A stretch of 59,500 bases of DNA, the filler included. It is 2 parts of 2 records of this genome, joined end to end, with 100 filler letters (N's around TTAATTAATTAA, not from the genome) between each part and the next. Parts side by side here need not be neighbours in the genome. Positions count along the whole stretch, not along the records: positions 27,941 to 59,500 come from SRR20825006_2706; 1 more part is not named here. One strand, written 5' to 3'. The translations under genes were made by a program, and so were the position numbers. Each line of letters starts with the position of its first letter. Within the stretch, counting starts at the first letter, position 1. This document shows positions 29,916-44,135 of this stretch, one piece after another. Below the pieces are notes generated by a model. That model made no database searches. It worked only from the letters and a program-made list of their open reading frames with translations, and had not been told where the DNA came from.

Positions 29916-31103
29916 TTATTCTGAATCGACAAAGCGTGCCATTTCTGAAGCTGCAAGCAAATACGCTCCAACTCCAAAATCTGCAGTAGAATTGACATCT
30001 ACCACTTGTCCGGGAATTGCTTTTTCACCAATGGGTTGCACATAGCCTACGCTTCCATCATCTTGTAATGCAACTTCCGTGAGATATTCCCAGCTTTTTT
30101 CTACTACAGGTAAATAGGTTTCTTCCTCTAAAATATCATTGTTTATTCCCCATAGATATCCATAAGTAAAGAATGCTGTACCGCTGGTTTCTGGTCCGGG
30201 AGCATGCTCAGAATCTAGAATACTGCGCGTCCAATAGCCTTCAGGTTGCTGCGCTTCCTTGAGTGTTTTTGCCATTTTTTTGAAGCGATCAATATAAGCT
30301 TGTCGGTTTTGAGCATCTTGTGGCAAATCCTGAAGCACTTTAGCTAAACCAGCAAACACCCAACCGTCTCCCCGCGCCCAGAAGTCTTTCTTTCCGTTAA
30401 GACTTTTATGCTTAGGGTAAACATATTTCGCGTCGCGAAAGTATAATCCCGTTTCCTCATCAAGCATAATGCTGTCTGCATACGCTAAGTATTCGTTGAG
30501 TTTTTCTAGATACTGTTCGTTTCCAGTCACTTTATACAATTTGGTCATCACCGGCATCACCATATATAAACCATCTGCCCACCACCAATAATCATTATTA
30601 GGAGTGCTCATTTCATACTCCATCACCTCCTTTGCTCTGGCAATCTTTGTAGGATCTTTTGAACCTTCAAGCGTGTAGAGGTCAATATAGGTTTGAAATG
30701 CAATTTGCCAATCTCCAAACAGTACGTGCTCGTCGGTTTCTCCGTAGTTGTATTTCCATTTGGATTTATCCTGTGACTTGGCTCCCATCCACTGGTTATG
30801 CTCTGCCCAGGCTTTGGAGTAGTCTAAAAAGTCGTCATTGCCGGTCACTTTATAGGCTTCTATATTTCCTGTATGATAGGCTGCCGGATGCCAAAACGCA
30901 AAACCTGGTTCTGGGTGGGTTTCCTGCCAGTGTTTATTTACTTTTTCAATGATGGCTAAAACCGAATCCTTCTCCTGTGGTATCGCGGTAACCTCAACAT
31001 CAGCATCTTGCGCCTGAGATGTACTGTCGCCATTGCTTTTACAATTACTGAGCACAACGGCGAATACTGCCGAAAAAAGAAGTGTTTTAAAGTGGTTATT
31101 CAT
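29916..31103 (-). CDS. GH105/GH88 unsaturated uronyl hydrolase, lipoprotein
   Basis: WWWADGLYMVMP, FWARGDGWV, QPEGYW, ETSGTAFF, DFGVGAYLLAA; lipobox LSNC. Confidence 0.9.
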   Translation of the reverse strand: MNNHFKTLLFSAVFAVVLSNCKSNGDSTSQAQDADVEVTAIPQEKDSVLAIIEKVNKHWQETHPEPGFAFWHPAAYHTGNIEAYKVTGNDDFLDYSKAWAEHNQWMGAKSQDKSKWKYNYGETDEHVLFGDWQIAFQTYIDLYTLEGSKDPTKIARAKEVMEYEMSTPNNDYWWWADGLYMVMPVMTKLYKVTGNEQYLEKLNEYLAYADSIMLDEETGLYFRDAKYVYPKHKSLNGKKDFWARGDGWVFAGLAKVLQDLPQDAQNRQAYIDRFKKMAKTLKEAQQPEGYWTRSILDSEHAPGPETSGTAFFTYGYLWGINNDILEEETYLPVVEKSWEYLTEVALQDDGSVGYVQPIGEKAIPGQVVDVNSTADFGVGAYLLAASEMARFVDSE

Positions 31104-31136
31104 TGTTAATCTATTAGTTAGTGTTTTATTTAATCT

Positions 31137-32351
31137 CTAATGTGCGTGGTCAATTGATATATTTTCACCACTCCAGATCTTTTTTTGTGTCCAGGAGGCA
31201 TAGGGGTCAGACCATAAAGGTGCTGTTTCAGGTAACCCTAATATTAAGAAAGATTCAGAGCATAGGTAAAGACTTCCGGTGGAGATATAACCTTCTCCTA
31301 TATTATTTTGAGCTCCAAATAAACCTACTTTAAGCCATCCGTTGTCATCGAAAGTTCCAGGTGCCTCAATTTGTCTTTTTATCATCACGTATAAAGCTTC
31401 GCGCACTTGAGCAGGCTCTACTTCTTCTGGTAATTCTTGCCTAAGCGCGATATGAGACAATAACTGAAAAGCGCCAAAACGATATGCCAAAGACCGGCCA
31501 ATAGGAGGATAAGTACCTTCCGGACCTATGAGACGTTCTTGTATTGAAGCATAACGTTGTGCTCTATATTTTACGTTGTCAAAATCCTTCTTACGACCAT
31601 TATCTGTTTCTTGAAGAGTTTGATAGATATCAAGTAAAAAAGGCTGAATTACAAAACTGTTATAATAATCCCAGTGAAACTCTGGTCCATCGCCATACAT
31701 ACCATCACCTAGATACCATTCTCTATGTTTATTTAAACCATACTCTATTCGTAGTAGATCTCCGCTATTATCAAATTTCTCTAGTGCAGCTTCAACCATT
31801 CCCGAAAATAAAAGCCAATTGCTGTAATATGGCTTTATTACCCGGGTAGACTTTAAAGCTTCAATTATACGCTCCTGAACCTCTCTATCTAATTTTTCCC
31901 AAATCTGGGTAGGAGATCGTAATAGTCCTTGTGCTAAAAATGCGGCATCAACAAGTGGTTGAGCATCTTTATTAAAGTTCATGAAATCATCTGATTCCGG
32001 GTTGGTTGCATTATCTAAACAGCGAATTACTAAATCGATATATTTTTTACGCAATTTTCCCTCCGAAGTATCATCTGGGCCTAATTCTAACCAAGGAGCC
32101 ATCCCTGAGTATAATCTGCCAAAAGCCTCCAAATACGTCACGTGAGTACGATCATCCCAAGCACCAGGAGAACGCTCTACCGGCATATTCTTTTTTAGCT
32201 TTTCTTCAGCAAGATTAGTTAAAACAGGGTCGGCTATTTTAAGCAGCGTCTCAACCATATACTCTCTTTCCTCCTTTTGAGCAAGAATTTTAAAGCTGAA
32301 TAGATTAACTGCTATAAAACTAAAGATAAATAAGCCTTTAAATTTTACCAT
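31137..32351 (-). CDS. DUF2264 / GH154-like beta-glucuronidase
   Basis: YLEAFGR, QPLVDAAFLA, SNWLLF, WYLGDGMYGDG, DYYNSFVI, GRSLAYRFGAF, YISTGSLYLC. Confidence 0.85.
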   Translation of the reverse strand: MVKFKGLFIFSFIAVNLFSFKILAQKEEREYMVETLLKIADPVLTNLAEEKLKKNMPVERSPGAWDDRTHVTYLEAFGRLYSGMAPWLELGPDDTSEGKLRKKYIDLVIRCLDNATNPESDDFMNFNKDAQPLVDAAFLAQGLLRSPTQIWEKLDREVQERIIEALKSTRVIKPYYSNWLLFSGMVEAALEKFDNSGDLLRIEYGLNKHREWYLGDGMYGDGPEFHWDYYNSFVIQPFLLDIYQTLQETDNGRKKDFDNVKYRAQRYASIQERLIGPEGTYPPIGRSLAYRFGAFQLLSHIALRQELPEEVEPAQVREALYVMIKRQIEAPGTFDDNGWLKVGLFGAQNNIGEGYISTGSLYLCSESFLILGLPETAPLWSDPYASWTQKKIWSGENISIDHAH

Positions 32352-32363
32352 TTTAGATGTTGA

Positions 32364-33269
32364 TTATTGGTTTTGATCTGTTTTCTGATAAACCCTAACA
32401 TAATCTACCAGGTATTCTTTTGGGAATTCGGTTTTTGAAGGATCTCCGCCGTTAGAACCAATCGCGAGATTGAGCAAAATATAATGAGGCTGCTGAAAAC
32501 CGTTAGATCCATCAGGATTAATAGCATCTGCTAAATCAATTTCGTTTAGTAATTCATCATCGAGATAGAGTTTGATAAACTCAGATGTCCAATCCATTTT
32601 CCAGATATGGAATTTTTCAGCCCATTGCGGGTCTTTCGCTATAAATTCAGAAAAGGGAATTTTAGCACTATCCCACGATACATTTCTCCAATCAGGCCCC
32701 CAAGCGGCATTTGCTAAAATATGAGGTTTACCGCCTATTTGGTAGAACTCCATCACGTCAATCTCTCCATTAGAAGGCCAGCCTTTTTCGACACCTAAAG
32801 TCCAGATCGCGGGCCACATTCCGCTTGCCGTATCAATTTTTGCACGCACTTCTAGAATTCCATATTTAAACTTAAATTTCCCACGGGTATTAATGCTTGA
32901 CGAGGTATACTCGGCATGCTGGCGGTTCTTTTTCCAGTTAGTAGCATCCGCCTCAAAATTTGGATTAGGGATTTTTTCCTTTCTTCCAGTAATGACCAAA
33001 TTACCCTGCGCTACCGAAGCATTATCCTTCTGATACCATTGTAATTCTTCATTGCGCACAAATCCTTCTTCATAACTCCAATAAGCCGCATTTGGCTTAT
33101 CACCAGAATCAAATTCATCGTGCCAGATCAACTCATACCCACTGGGAGCCTGAATAGAATCTTCTGTTGACTTTTCTGACGAAGATTTACAGCTGCTGAC
33201 TAAAACAATTAACACTAAAGTAAACAGTACTCTTGTTAATCCAGCGGTATGTAGGATGTGTAGCTTCAT
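32364..33269 (-). CDS. GH16 glycoside hydrolase, lipoprotein
   Basis: LIWHDEFD, WPAIWTLG, GEIDVME catalytic ExDxxE motif, LLNLAIG, VDYVRVYQ; lipobox VSSC. Confidence 0.93.
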   Translation of the reverse strand: MKLHILHTAGLTRVLFTLVLIVLVSSCKSSSEKSTEDSIQAPSGYELIWHDEFDSGDKPNAAYWSYEEGFVRNEELQWYQKDNASVAQGNLVITGRKEKIPNPNFEADATNWKKNRQHAEYTSSSINTRGKFKFKYGILEVRAKIDTASGMWPAIWTLGVEKGWPSNGEIDVMEFYQIGGKPHILANAAWGPDWRNVSWDSAKIPFSEFIAKDPQWAEKFHIWKMDWTSEFIKLYLDDELLNEIDLADAINPDGSNGFQQPHYILLNLAIGSNGGDPSKTEFPKEYLVDYVRVYQKTDQNQ

Positions 33270-33270
33270 T

Positions 33271-35229
33271 TTATTTTGAGATCAATAATGCGCCGCCTTC
33301 ACCAAGGACATCAATTTTCAATTTTCCGCTTGATTTGACCTTCACTGTTTTTTGAGCTGCGGTTTTATCTTTTGCATCATAGATCAAAGTTGCTTCAGCA
33401 TTTTTAAACATCGGTAAGTCTAGTTCAAGTGTCTTCTTCTCTTGCTCACCATTAGTAACTGCCAAATACCAAGTATCTCCTTTTCTTCGGGCAATTGCAG
33501 CATAATCACCGGGTTCGCCGCCAACATAAACCGTCTCGTCCCATACGGTGGGGACCGCTCTTAAAAAGTCTAAAACAAATTCTGGCTGCTCGTCAAGATT
33601 GTTTGGCGTTAAACCAAAGTGCTGAATAGGTGAAAAATAAAGTACGGCTGTAGCCAGTTCAAAAGCATCCGTAGTTTTACGCACAGTTCCTCCTTTTTGA
33701 TCTTTGCTTAAGCGCTTATTTAAAAACACCGGTGCAAAGTCCATCGCTCCCACAGGGTTACGTGTAAAGGGTAAAATCGTGCTGTAATACGCGTGTTTGT
33801 CTAGAGCATACTGCGTAAAAATCAAATTTTCTGAAGCTCTAACTGCTTCTGAAGTAACATAGTTGGGATACATTTTTTCCCAGCCTCGGGGAAGCGTACA
33901 CCCGTGAAATGTGATTGCTAAACCATAATCGTTAGCATCATTTAAAATATCTTCATACAGCTGCATTGTCATCTGTTTGTCTCCGCCAAAAAAATCGATC
34001 TTCAGTCCTTTTACGCCTATTTCTTGTAACCACGCCATCTCTTGCTGACGCTTGTAGGCCGTGTTCATAAAGTCTTGCGGCGTTTGTGGAGCATTGTTCC
34101 AAAAACCATTAGAGTTGTACCAAAGCACCACATCCACATTTTTTGAATTGGCGTAGGCTACTAATTCTTCCATCTTCTCGCGGCCAATATTAGCATCCCA
34201 CCAATTGTCAATAAGCACATATTCAAAATTTAAAGCTTCCGCCAGGTCAATGAATTTTACCTGATCTTCATAATTGATGCTGTTATCTTGCCATACGATC
34301 CAACTCCACGTAGCTCTTCCCATTGTATAATCTTGCGAAGCCTCATAGCGTTGTTCTACCAGATCAAACGAAGCTGTGGTCTCTACAATAGGTTTTAAGG
34401 TTTTTCCCAGAGTAATCGTTCGCCAAGGTGTTTGTGCCGGCATCGCCATAGCGGCAAAAGCATTTCCTAATCCATTATTTTCTCCATCTTGAGGAAACGC
34501 TATCGGAAACAATCCGTTTTTATCAGATTCTCCTAAGCGTGCGCCGGGATAGCTTCCATCTACATTGGTTTCTGAAATTAGAATCCATCCCTTTTCAGCA
34601 TTTTTAAATAAAGCCGGAAAGGTATAGCCTACACCATACTGAGATTGAGTTCCCAAAGCTTCATCAAAGGTGTATTCTTCCTCATAAGAAGGTTTGGTTT
34701 GCTCCCAGCCTGTCATCGGTAAAGCTTGAGGAGTGATAAATGAAGTAGCATCATCAGGTAAATTGAAACCGGTTGCTTCTTCTAAGATTTTGACTTTAGT
34801 ATTGCGCTCCTGTGCGGTGAGTTTGTAAGCAAAAGCCACATCACTATTGCTCACTCTAAATTCAACCGCCAAGGTATCTTCGTTTGCATTTACGAACTTT
34901 ACAATCAGCTCATTCGCTTGATATTCTACGTGACTTACTTTAGCCTTTTTAAGATCGTACGTTTCCTTTATTGCTGAAGTACCCTGTGCCGCATACGACA
35001 AGCCTTCAGAAAAATCACCTATCGAAGTTTTCAAACCAAGAGGTGAGTCTTCCATAAAGAGTATATCATTTAAATGAATGGAATATACCGGCTTTTGATC
35101 TTGCAGCCCTATCTCAACTGCAATATGTTTGTCAGGGCTACTAACTTTTACCGGAAGCTGGCACCACGCAGTTTGACCCGTGAGTATAACAAAAAGACTT
35201 ACTAAACTTGTTATTCTAAATTTCTGCAT
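33271..35229 (-). CDS. GH97 glycoside hydrolase (retaining type)
   Basis: SYEEEY, TPWRTI, YVLIDNWW, GLKIDFF, FHGCTLPRGW, EAVRASE, GAMDF, VPTVWDET. Confidence 0.92.
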   Translation of the reverse strand: MQKFRITSLVSLFVILTGQTAWCQLPVKVSSPDKHIAVEIGLQDQKPVYSIHLNDILFMEDSPLGLKTSIGDFSEGLSYAAQGTSAIKETYDLKKAKVSHVEYQANELIVKFVNANEDTLAVEFRVSNSDVAFAYKLTAQERNTKVKILEEATGFNLPDDATSFITPQALPMTGWEQTKPSYEEEYTFDEALGTQSQYGVGYTFPALFKNAEKGWILISETNVDGSYPGARLGESDKNGLFPIAFPQDGENNGLGNAFAAMAMPAQTPWRTITLGKTLKPIVETTASFDLVEQRYEASQDYTMGRATWSWIVWQDNSINYEDQVKFIDLAEALNFEYVLIDNWWDANIGREKMEELVAYANSKNVDVVLWYNSNGFWNNAPQTPQDFMNTAYKRQQEMAWLQEIGVKGLKIDFFGGDKQMTMQLYEDILNDANDYGLAITFHGCTLPRGWEKMYPNYVTSEAVRASENLIFTQYALDKHAYYSTILPFTRNPVGAMDFAPVFLNKRLSKDQKGGTVRKTTDAFELATAVLYFSPIQHFGLTPNNLDEQPEFVLDFLRAVPTVWDETVYVGGEPGDYAAIARRKGDTWYLAVTNGEQEKKTLELDLPMFKNAEATLIYDAKDKTAAQKTVKVKSSGKLKIDVLGEGGALLISK

Positions 35230-35233
35230 GCTT

Positions 35234-39705
<4,472 letters not shown>

Positions 39706-39868
39706 ATATTGGCTTATAAATGTATCAAAAACATTTATAAATTTTGACTATACTTGTTTCCCCAAGATAGTTTCTTTAAGAAAACGTGAATTATAGTATA
39801 TTATCTAAATACTGATTTTGATTACTCAAAACTATTTTTTACGAAATCGAAATAGTTTTAAAGTCATT

Positions 39869-39930
39869 GTACAATTTTCTTAAATCCTTTTGGCTATTAA
39901 AGGGTAGGAAATGATTTTTTATAGGGGGTT
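39869..39930 (-). promoter_or_regulatory. Candidate HTCS-activated promoter of the enzyme operon
   Basis: AACCCCCTAT...AGAAAATTGTAC on the minus strand with the same spacing as the susC upstream element. Confidence 0.55.
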
Positions 39931-40014
39931 AACTGTTCAAACCGCTATAAACACTGGAACACAAAGCAAGACTAGCCGGTGGCTGATCTCAAGTATAACG
40001 TAATCTCAAGTTTT

Positions 40015-43000
40015 ATGTTTAAGAAAATAAGCCTCTTTATACTACTCCTTACACAGGTATGTATTGGCCAAAATGATAATCACGACAGACAACTTACCTT
40101 TTACAAGCTCGATACCGAAGATGGGCTTTCTAACAACCTCGTGCGTGTAATAGAACAAGATACACTTGGCTTTATTTGGATTGGCACCGCCGATGGTATC
40201 AACAGATATGACGGTAATGATTTTACGGTTTTTAGAAAAGAAAATTCGGCGCTTGCAAACAATTATCTTCAGAATATTGTACATCACACCAATACAGGAA
40301 ATCTTCTTATAGGTAGTGATGGTGGTTTTGATCTTTTTAACTTAAAAACCAATTCATTTGAGCATTATAACGCTGCAAACACCATTCTTTCTAATAGTGT
40401 GAATTCATTTGCATTCACAAAATCGGGAACGATTTATGCCGGAGATTTTGGAATTGGCATCCGTGTTTTTAAAGATCAAAGTCAACAAAAAGTATTTAAA
40501 CACGAAGCTCAAAATTCACGCTCCTTGTCCTCAAATGAAATCATTTCACTTCACGTGCAAAATGATTCGATCCTGTGGGTAGGTACGCGTCACGACGGCT
40601 TGAACAAAATAAACCTAAAAACTCAAGAGGTTGCTCGAATACCAATACATGGTCGGACGAACTTCAGGGTAAATGCACTTTTTATAGATCGCGATGATCA
40701 CTTGTGGCTGGGCACGAATGAAGGAATCAAAATACTAACCCAAACCACTGCTCTTAACCCAACAATTATAGAAGGTTTAGCAGGAAGCGACATTACAAGT
40801 TTTGAAGAGGATGCCTACGGAAGAATCTGGGTAGGTACTTATGACGAAGGACTTAAGATCATAAGTAAATCTAAACCACTAAGAGGATTCAATGATCTTA
40901 GTATAACCAATTATTTACCGAAAGATGATGGTACCAGTGTGTTTAACGCAACCGTTTTTTCGATTAAAAAAGACCGAAGTGGAAATATGTGGCTGGGCAC
41001 GTATGCCGGTATAAACTATGTGAATCCCCGGGGCGAGCCGGTGAAATTGATCACAAACAGTTTAAATGGAACCGAACGTATAACGCACAACCGCATTAAT
41101 GCTATTGCAGAAGATGCTTCCGGAAAATTGTTTATAGGTACAGACGGCGGCGGTGTGGATCAATACGATCCTAAAACTAATACTTATGCGTATGCTGTTT
41201 TTAACGAAGCTAACGCCCTAAAAAGTAACCACGTTTTAAGTTTACTTCAGGACACTAACAATCAATTATGGATTGGCACCTACCTGGGTGGTTTAAGCAA
41301 GTTTAACAAGACCACTAAACAATGGCAGCATTATCTACAAGGAGAACAAAAAGATGGGAATGATGTTCGCGTATTATACCAGGCTAAAAATGAACATATT
41401 TGGGTAGGCACAAACAGAGGTGGCCTATTTGTATATGACAACGCGCGGGACGCCTTCAAATACATCGCTGCACTGGGAAGGGTTGATGTACGCGATATCG
41501 CTGAAGATAGTCAAGGCAATCTGTGGCTGGCAACCTATGGAAATGGGATCATTCATTATAATTTAGAAAATGAACATAGCACACATTATAATTCAGAAAA
41601 TCTTGAGGGGCTAACAACCAATGTGGTATTTAGTATAGTGGTCACAGAAGATGATGCGATTATCGCCGGTACTAAGCACGGAGGCCTTGTCCATTTTAAT
41701 CCGGAATCAAAAAAAGCGCTCAATCTTAGAGAAGATGATGGGTTGAGCAATAATACCATCAACAGCATCATTGCGCACGACAGCAACTCTATTTGGCTGG
41801 GAACATTTAAGGGAATAAGTAAGTACGATCCCATTAGTCATAAAATAGAAAATCTAACCCGTTTTAATAATATTCATAAAAGTGAGTATAATCCTGGTGC
41901 TGCGCTCAAGGCTGAAAACGGAGCGCTCTATTTTGGGAGTAATAAAGGTCTGAATCAATTTCGCCCTGAAAATTTAAAAAACTACACCACTTCTGAAGCC
42001 TTAGTTATTAAAGACTTACTTGTTTTTAATGAATCGGTTGCAATAGAACCCACGAATAAAAAGGCCATACTCAATCAGGCAATGCCTTTTCAAGAATCGA
42101 TACAATTAAACGCAGAAAATACCGTCTTCTCTATAGATTTCACAAGTTTAGATTTTCCGATCGCTAACAATACCCAATACTCATATATTTTAGAGGGTTA
42201 CAACGACCACTGGATCGATCTCAAAAACAGCAACCGCATCAACTTCAGCAATATCTCTCCGGGTTATTATACGCTAAAAATTAAAGCTGAAACACTCGCT
42301 TCAACACCTTTGTATAAAGAATTAGCTTTAACCATTTTACCTCCGTTTTGGCAAACCTGGCCTGCTTATCTCTTCTATATCGTCACGTTAATCATTTTAA
42401 TTTACAGCGGATTAAGATATTATTCCGAACGCGTTTACCTCAAAAACTCGTTACACTTTGAGCAGAAGCAACGCAAACTAGAACACGAGTTGAATGAAGA
42501 ACGGGTACGGTTTTACACGGGTTTTAGTCACGAATTAAAAACTCCCCTGACCCTTATTCTTGCTCCTTTAGAAAATCTACTTGATGAAATTGTTCACAAA
42601 CAACATCGTAAAAGTCTCAAACTGATCAAGCGTAATGCGCATAATCTTCATCAATTCATCAACAAACTTCTAGAATTCAGAAAAAGTGAAGAAGGACTCA
42701 GTCAATTGACCTTAAACAATTATAACCTAACTAAAAATTTGTCGAATTGGCTTGGGGTCTATGAACCGCTACTAAAAAAGAAAAATTTAGATCTGGTGAT
42801 TCAAATGTCACAAACACCTATTTATATCTACTGTGATCTGGAGAAAATTCAGGTGATTGTGAACAATCTGATCAGTAATGCTATCAATTATAGTCCCGAA
42901 AACAGCACGATCAATATTGAACTTTCTCAAGATGAAGAAGCGGTGTTTTTAAAAGTTATTGATCACGGAAGCGGTATTAATAGGCAAGATCTCGAGCACA

Positions 43001-44067
43001 TCTTTGAATGGTACTATCAAGCCAATACCACTTTGAAAAAAGACGGAAGCGGAATTGGGCTGGCCCTCAGCCGAAGGTTTGCTTTACTGCATAACGGCAC
43101 CTTAGCCGTAGAAAGTAAATTAGGCGCAGGAAGTACATTTACCCTCAAACTACCTAAAGATGATAGCTTAGTTGATGCCTATCTCGAAGAAAATATACAC
43201 GCTACTGAAAACAAAAAATTCATTGAAGCTTCTATTCAAAGTGCCACCGAGAATGGTATTGAAACGCAGACCACACAAGCTATGCGCATTAAACCAGAAA
43301 GTCAGCGCGCACTCATTTTAGTGATTGATGACAATCCAGATATATTAGACTTTCTTGACACTTCGCTTTCTCAAGATTATGATCTGATTCAAGCTGAAAA
43401 TGGTGAAGAAGGTATTGCGCAAGCTTGCAAACACGTTCCTGATTTAATTATTAGCGACGTTATGATGCCCATAAAAAATGGAATAGATCTGTGTAATTAT
43501 ATCAAGAACAGAAAAGAAACTTCGCATATTCCTATCATTTTACTTTCGGCTAAAAGCAATACTGAGATGATCGCAACAGGATATACTGAAGGTGCTGACG
43601 ATTATATTTTAAAACCTTTTAACTTACAGCTATTGAAAGCCAGAATAGAAAATCTAATAGATTCACGCAAGCGGCTTTTAAAAGCATATTCTGAAAATGA
43701 AAATACGCTAGAAACCATAGATGATGATCAAAAACGACTGCTTGATGTTGAGAAGAAATTTTTAGTAGAATTCCACCAGATAGTTGAGGGGCAAATGCAA
43801 CAAGGTATTAAAACCGTTGAAGTTGTAGCGCAAGAAATAGGGATGAGCCGCTCCTCCCTCTACCGGAAAATCAAAGCGATCACCGGCAAAAACATCAACG
43901 AATATATAAGGAATATCAAACTGGACAAAGCTGCGCAACTCATCGAAAAAGAACAGTTTACCATTTCACAGGCAGCGTACGAAGTAGGTTTTGGCGATGC
44001 CAAGTATTTTAGAAAAATCTTTAAGGAACGCTTTGGAAAAACTCCTTCTGCCTTCAAACCGAACTAA
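40015..44067 (+). CDS. Hybrid two-component system sensor/regulator (HTCS)
   Basis: Periplasmic propeller repeats (FIWIGT, LWIGT), TM PPFWQTW, SHELKTPL H-box, GSGIGL, ISDVMMP receiver, AraC tail AYEVGFGDAKYF; start placed at ATG 40015. Confidence 0.97.
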   Translation: MFKKISLFILLLTQVCIGQNDNHDRQLTFYKLDTEDGLSNNLVRVIEQDTLGFIWIGTADGINRYDGNDFTVFRKENSALANNYLQNIVHHTNTGNLLIGSDGGFDLFNLKTNSFEHYNAANTILSNSVNSFAFTKSGTIYAGDFGIGIRVFKDQSQQKVFKHEAQNSRSLSSNEIISLHVQNDSILWVGTRHDGLNKINLKTQEVARIPIHGRTNFRVNALFIDRDDHLWLGTNEGIKILTQTTALNPTIIEGLAGSDITSFEEDAYGRIWVGTYDEGLKIISKSKPLRGFNDLSITNYLPKDDGTSVFNATVFSIKKDRSGNMWLGTYAGINYVNPRGEPVKLITNSLNGTERITHNRINAIAEDASGKLFIGTDGGGVDQYDPKTNTYAYAVFNEANALKSNHVLSLLQDTNNQLWIGTYLGGLSKFNKTTKQWQHYLQGEQKDGNDVRVLYQAKNEHIWVGTNRGGLFVYDNARDAFKYIAALGRVDVRDIAEDSQGNLWLATYGNGIIHYNLENEHSTHYNSENLEGLTTNVVFSIVVTEDDAIIAGTKHGGLVHFNPESKKALNLREDDGLSNNTINSIIAHDSNSIWLGTFKGISKYDPISHKIENLTRFNNIHKSEYNPGAALKAENGALYFGSNKGLNQFRPENLKNYTTSEALVIKDLLVFNESVAIEPTNKKAILNQAMPFQESIQLNAENTVFSIDFTSLDFPIANNTQYSYILEGYNDHWIDLKNSNRINFSNISPGYYTLKIKAETLASTPLYKELALTILPPFWQTWPAYLFYIVTLIILIYSGLRYYSERVYLKNSLHFEQKQRKLEHELNEERVRFYTGFSHELKTPLTLILAPLENLLDEIVHKQHRKSLKLIKRNAHNLHQFINKLLEFRKSEEGLSQLTLNNYNLTKNLSNWLGVYEPLLKKKNLDLVIQMSQTPIYIYCDLEKIQVIVNNLISNAINYSPENSTINIELSQDEEAVFLKVIDHGSGINRQDLEHIFEWYYQANTTLKKDGSGIGLALSRRFALLHNGTLAVESKLGAGSTFTLKLPKDDSLVDAYLEENIHATENKKFIEASIQSATENGIETQTTQAMRIKPESQRALILVIDDNPDILDFLDTSLSQDYDLIQAENGEEGIAQACKHVPDLIISDVMMPIKNGIDLCNYIKNRKETSHIPIILLSAKSNTEMIATGYTEGADDYILKPFNLQLLKARIENLIDSRKRLLKAYSENENTLETIDDDQKRLLDVEKKFLVEFHQIVEGQMQQGIKTVEVVAQEIGMSRSSLYRKIKAITGKNINEYIRNIKLDKAAQLIEKEQFTISQAAYEVGFGDAKYFRKIFKERFGKTPSAFKPN

Positions 44068-44080
44068 GGCATAACACTAT

Positions 44081-44113
44081 AAAAAAGCGCTCTGTATTGA
44101 ACAGAGCGCTTTT
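44081..44113. terminator. Bidirectional terminator between convergent HTCS and GH43 genes
   Basis: AAAAGCGCTCTGT-ATTGA-ACAGAGCGCTTTT. Confidence 0.85.
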
Positions 44114-44135
44114 ACATTTTAAACTTTTAAAGTTT

